Positions 61,076-64,000 of a stretch of 64,000 bases of DNA are shown in pieces. Positions within the stretch are counted from its first letter, which is position 1; the number at the start of each line of letters is the position of its first letter. The notes below the pieces were generated by a model that did no database searches, had not been told where the DNA came from, and was given only the letters and a program-made list of their open reading frames with translations. The translations under genes and the position numbers were made by a program. Source of the DNA: Cladosporium halotolerans (lineage: Eukaryota); assembly GCF_011745625.1 (NCBI RefSeq), contig NW_027191478.1, positions 124,001 through 188,000 on the forward strand. The letters are read 5' to 3'.

Positions 61076-61831
61076 TCATCGAGCAGCTCCTATGCGTTCA
61101 ACAGCTGGCTGGATCCATCGATACTTGAATTGCCTTGTTCTCTCCCGAAATGTAGGCTCGGATCTGGCTCTCCTGAAAAAGTAAACTCCTGGTCCCCGTC
61201 CATAGACTCGGTCATTCTGGCCGAGCGAGTGCCGCTTTACAATGGGCTCCATAGTCATCGAAGTTCCCTCTATGGCCGGCCTCAAATACCTGGCGATGTA
61301 TGCTGCTGATACTCCCACGGTCCAAGCATCTCTGGCAGCCTGGGACATCCGCCGGGCGTATTCCTCTCTTATCTGACCCGTGTTTTGGTCCGGACTGATG
61401 TACACCAGCGCGAGTATCTTCTTGTTCCTAGGCTCGAAGAGGCCATCTTCAATGCCCCCGCGAAGTCGAGAGAAAACATTGTCGCCGGCCTGCAACGCCA
61501 GCGAAAGCTGCGCGATCTTCATCCCTCCACTGAAGATCTTATCAAGGTACACGGGGCACTCGAATTTCTCGTACAGACCCCGGCGCACGCCCTCTTTCCG
61601 GTCCAGCGTTTCCACGTCTTTCGGGTAGACCGAAAAGACCAGGCCTTCGACCCAATGTCCTTCGCGGGAACGCACGACGTTCGCAACGCCGCGCGTGTTG
61701 ATCTGCCACCGATGGCCGTGTAGGATGGCTGTGCCTTCGAATAGGCTTGTCGGACAACGCTCGGCCATCTGCTCGATCAGCATGTTGCTGCCGAACGCGA
61801 AATAATACCTCTTCCGGTGAACTTTTAGCAT
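61076..61831 (-). CDS. AIG2-like gamma-glutamylcyclotransferase (GGCT fold)
   Basis: YFAFGSNM...QMAERCP, WQINTRGVANV, VEGLVF, and the catalytic-type Glu in LDRKEG. Confidence 0.88.
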   Translation of the reverse strand: MLKVHRKRYYFAFGSNMLIEQMAERCPTSLFEGTAILHGHRWQINTRGVANVVRSREGHWVEGLVFSVYPKDVETLDRKEGVRRGLYEKFECPVYLDKIFSGGMKIAQLSLALQAGDNVFSRLRGGIEDGLFEPRNKKILALVYISPDQNTGQIREEYARRMSQAARDAWTVGVSAAYIARYLRPAIEGTSMTMEPIVKRHSLGQNDRVYGRGPGVYFFRRARSEPTFRERTRQFKYRWIQPAVERIGAAR

Positions 61832-62620
61832 GTTGCCGAAGTCGGTTCAAGCTTCTCGTTGCCAGCTGCCAGTCACGGACGGATATGGTCGATAGTTATG
61901 GCCGCAACATCACGTCGACAAAGCTTGGGTTTAAAGCTGAGGTCTATCAGGCTGAGGTCGACGAGGCTGTTGCGAAGATGGCTGTAAGCTGCATCAGCCT
62001 TGCAGCAGCATGCAGCCGTCGGCTGATGAGCTGTACCTCCATGGCTGAGGCCACGGTACTACCGTGACTCACGATGAAGGCATTGCTTGTGAAGGTACTA
62101 ATACAAAGTCCCGCTCAGGCAGGTCTCGAGTAGCTTCATCGGGTGTAGCTAGGCAGCATTGTGGCAGTGGTCTTGATCACACACCAACTCAGGCTCTTCT
62201 TCCCGCAGCGGTTTGCCTTGACGCTTCATTGCTGCGGCTCACCGGCGGGTTGGGTACGCTGACCTGGCGAGTCTATTTGACATTTGCTCGACGCTCAGTC
62301 ACATTTCACTTGCCAGCTGAGGCGAAGCAAGGCAATCAGGCAAAGCATGACCAGAGCGGCCTCTTGTTCGTCCCGCATCTGGCCAATAGCCAAGGTCTCC
62401 ATGGACTGTGAGCATAGCAACGCCTTCCAGCCTGAGGCGAAACGTAGTCAGGTGGCGAACATGTTCTCTGGGTCGGCAGGACTACGCCTCTCCCGGTCAC
62501 TAAGTCACTCTTCTGATCGCGCGAGATAGCAATGCACTATGAATACAGGAATGGCCTTACAGTAGGTCTTGGTGTCTGCGTAGCACCTCTTTTTGCCAAA
62601 CACTTCCATACTCCTCGCAC

Positions 62621-64000
62621 ATGATGGCAGCAGCCATGACAACAATTTCCTATCATTTTGGCGTCGAGATTGAGATCATGGCGAAACCACATCAGATTCG
62701 AGAGACACCCCTCAACCAGCTCCTCTATTGGGAGAAGCTAGGAAAGGCTCTTGAGAAACGTGGCATCAATGTAGAGGTTGACAAGCCACATGGGCCCTAC
62801 CGTAAGAACAAAGAGCGCTATACCCGAGGATGGTGGATTACGAGAGACGGTTCGCTCGTCCGTCACCAAGATGAAAGTGTGTATGAATCCCGAAACGAAC
62901 AAGACATGACCGAACAGTCAGCTGATGTTTGGATCGAAAGTCGCATTCGAAGCGGTATCTCCAATCCTGAACACTAGCAACGGGTGGGAGCACCAAATCG
63001 ACATGTTCTGGAAGGCCTACAGCAAAGTCTTCCATCAGCCTCGCTCCCAGTCAGAATCGTACTGTGGAGGCCATATCCACGTCTCGTCCTCATCACAGGA
63101 GTGGAGCACGGATCAGCTCAGGAACATCGCCTCTGGCATCTTCCACTTCGAGCATTTCATCGAAGACATGATTCCCGCCTCTCGTCAAAACAACCAGTTC
63201 TGCAAGAAGAACTCTGCGAACTCCAGATTCTTGAGGTCATGTCGGGGAAATCCCCGGAAGTTCTTCGAGAAAATCTCAGATGCAAGCCGCGGAGAGATCT
63301 GGGGGCTGATGCAGAATGATCGCAAGGTCCTTTGGAACTTCGCACACGTCGTCAAGGGCGGGACGGGCTCGATCGAGTTCCGTGGCGGCCGATGTTTCCG
63401 AGGCCCGCAACGAACCAAGGCCTGGATTGCATTCGCAGTTGGGTACATGCACTTGCTGCAGGGCATGGTGAGAAGTACCTCGGATGCAGATCGCATTACT
63501 TTGATGCTAACTTCTACAAGCCCTTCTGGGAGTACAAAGTGCACAGGCGTGAGGTCTACTCCACCGAAGTCCTGTATGAGAAGATCAAAGCATCCGCCAG
63601 CAAGTTCTACATGGACCAGTACCTCCCTCCTCGATATACTCAGTTGAACGAATCAGAAAGCTGGTCGGTCAGTCCCCGGTTGCGGCATGTTTGGTACCAT
63701 TTAGTATGCGAACTGACCTTATTCAGGAATAGGTGGGAAGCCTCTGATGAAGAAGACACGTTGGATGCCGAAGATACGGGACGCGTAACACTTCTTCTGT
63801 CGCGCTTTTTGCAGTTCGCGTTCGGTATTGCGGTCGCGTGCGTTTACGGGATAGACAGATCTCGGTCGCTACACTCGGAGTCGCCGAGGGGCATCGAATG
63901 GCTCTTCGCCATGGTGGTGGCCATCATGTCCACGTCGACGGTGGGGGCTTACGGGTGTTTAGGAGTTTTGACAGATCGGTTTCACCAGCACCGAGGGTTT
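62621..64000 (+). CDS. Amidoligase_2 (COOH-NH2 ligase) family protein; 3' end uncertain, frame open to the window end
   Basis: FGVEIE, WWITRDGSL, EAVSPIL, CGGHIHVS, SR.NN.FC..N, RKVLWNF, GSIEFR. Introns 62877-62940 and 63468-63520. Confidence 0.87.

Noticed and set aside
51563..64000. Secondary-metabolite cluster of the gliotoxin type, prompted by the GGCT gene
   Set aside because: No NRPS, PKS, P450, GST or cluster transcription factor in the window. A cluster beyond the right edge cannot be excluded.

Overview
Gene-dense, intron-containing ascomycete fungal DNA. Short GT..AG introns with CTRAC branch points and the gene content suggest Pezizomycotina, probably Dothideomycetes (inference). 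About 30 protein genes were modelled by hand. The first ~51 kb is mostly conserved housekeeping genes: pseudouridine synthase, RING ligase, LAG1, HEM3, an eIF4E-family gene, ELP2, TFIIIC tau138, MFAP1, PPIL2, DPB11-like, alpha-arrestin, MIC19, a USP and an ALB1-like gene. The last ~13 kb looks accessory: MFS transporter, carboxylesterase, hybrid histidine kinase, GGCT and amidoligase. Two observations stand out. (1) A 59-aa minus-strand gene at 24891-25070, just below the ORF-track cutoff, encodes four identical QGRVFDGCTLS repeats whose DNA differences are all synonymous. It is a candidate multi-CaaX lipopeptide pheromone or RiPP precursor. (2) A divergent AIG2/gamma-glutamylcyclotransferase + Amidoligase_2 pair at 61076-64000 mirrors a known bacterial neighbourhood, and the ligase frame reads into a MARVEL-like membrane domain. 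A frameshifted kinase relic and recurrent strand-independent C-to-G skew flips were also seen. No rRNA, tRNA, CRISPR array or intact transposon could be supported. All family calls are by motif recognition; no searches were run.
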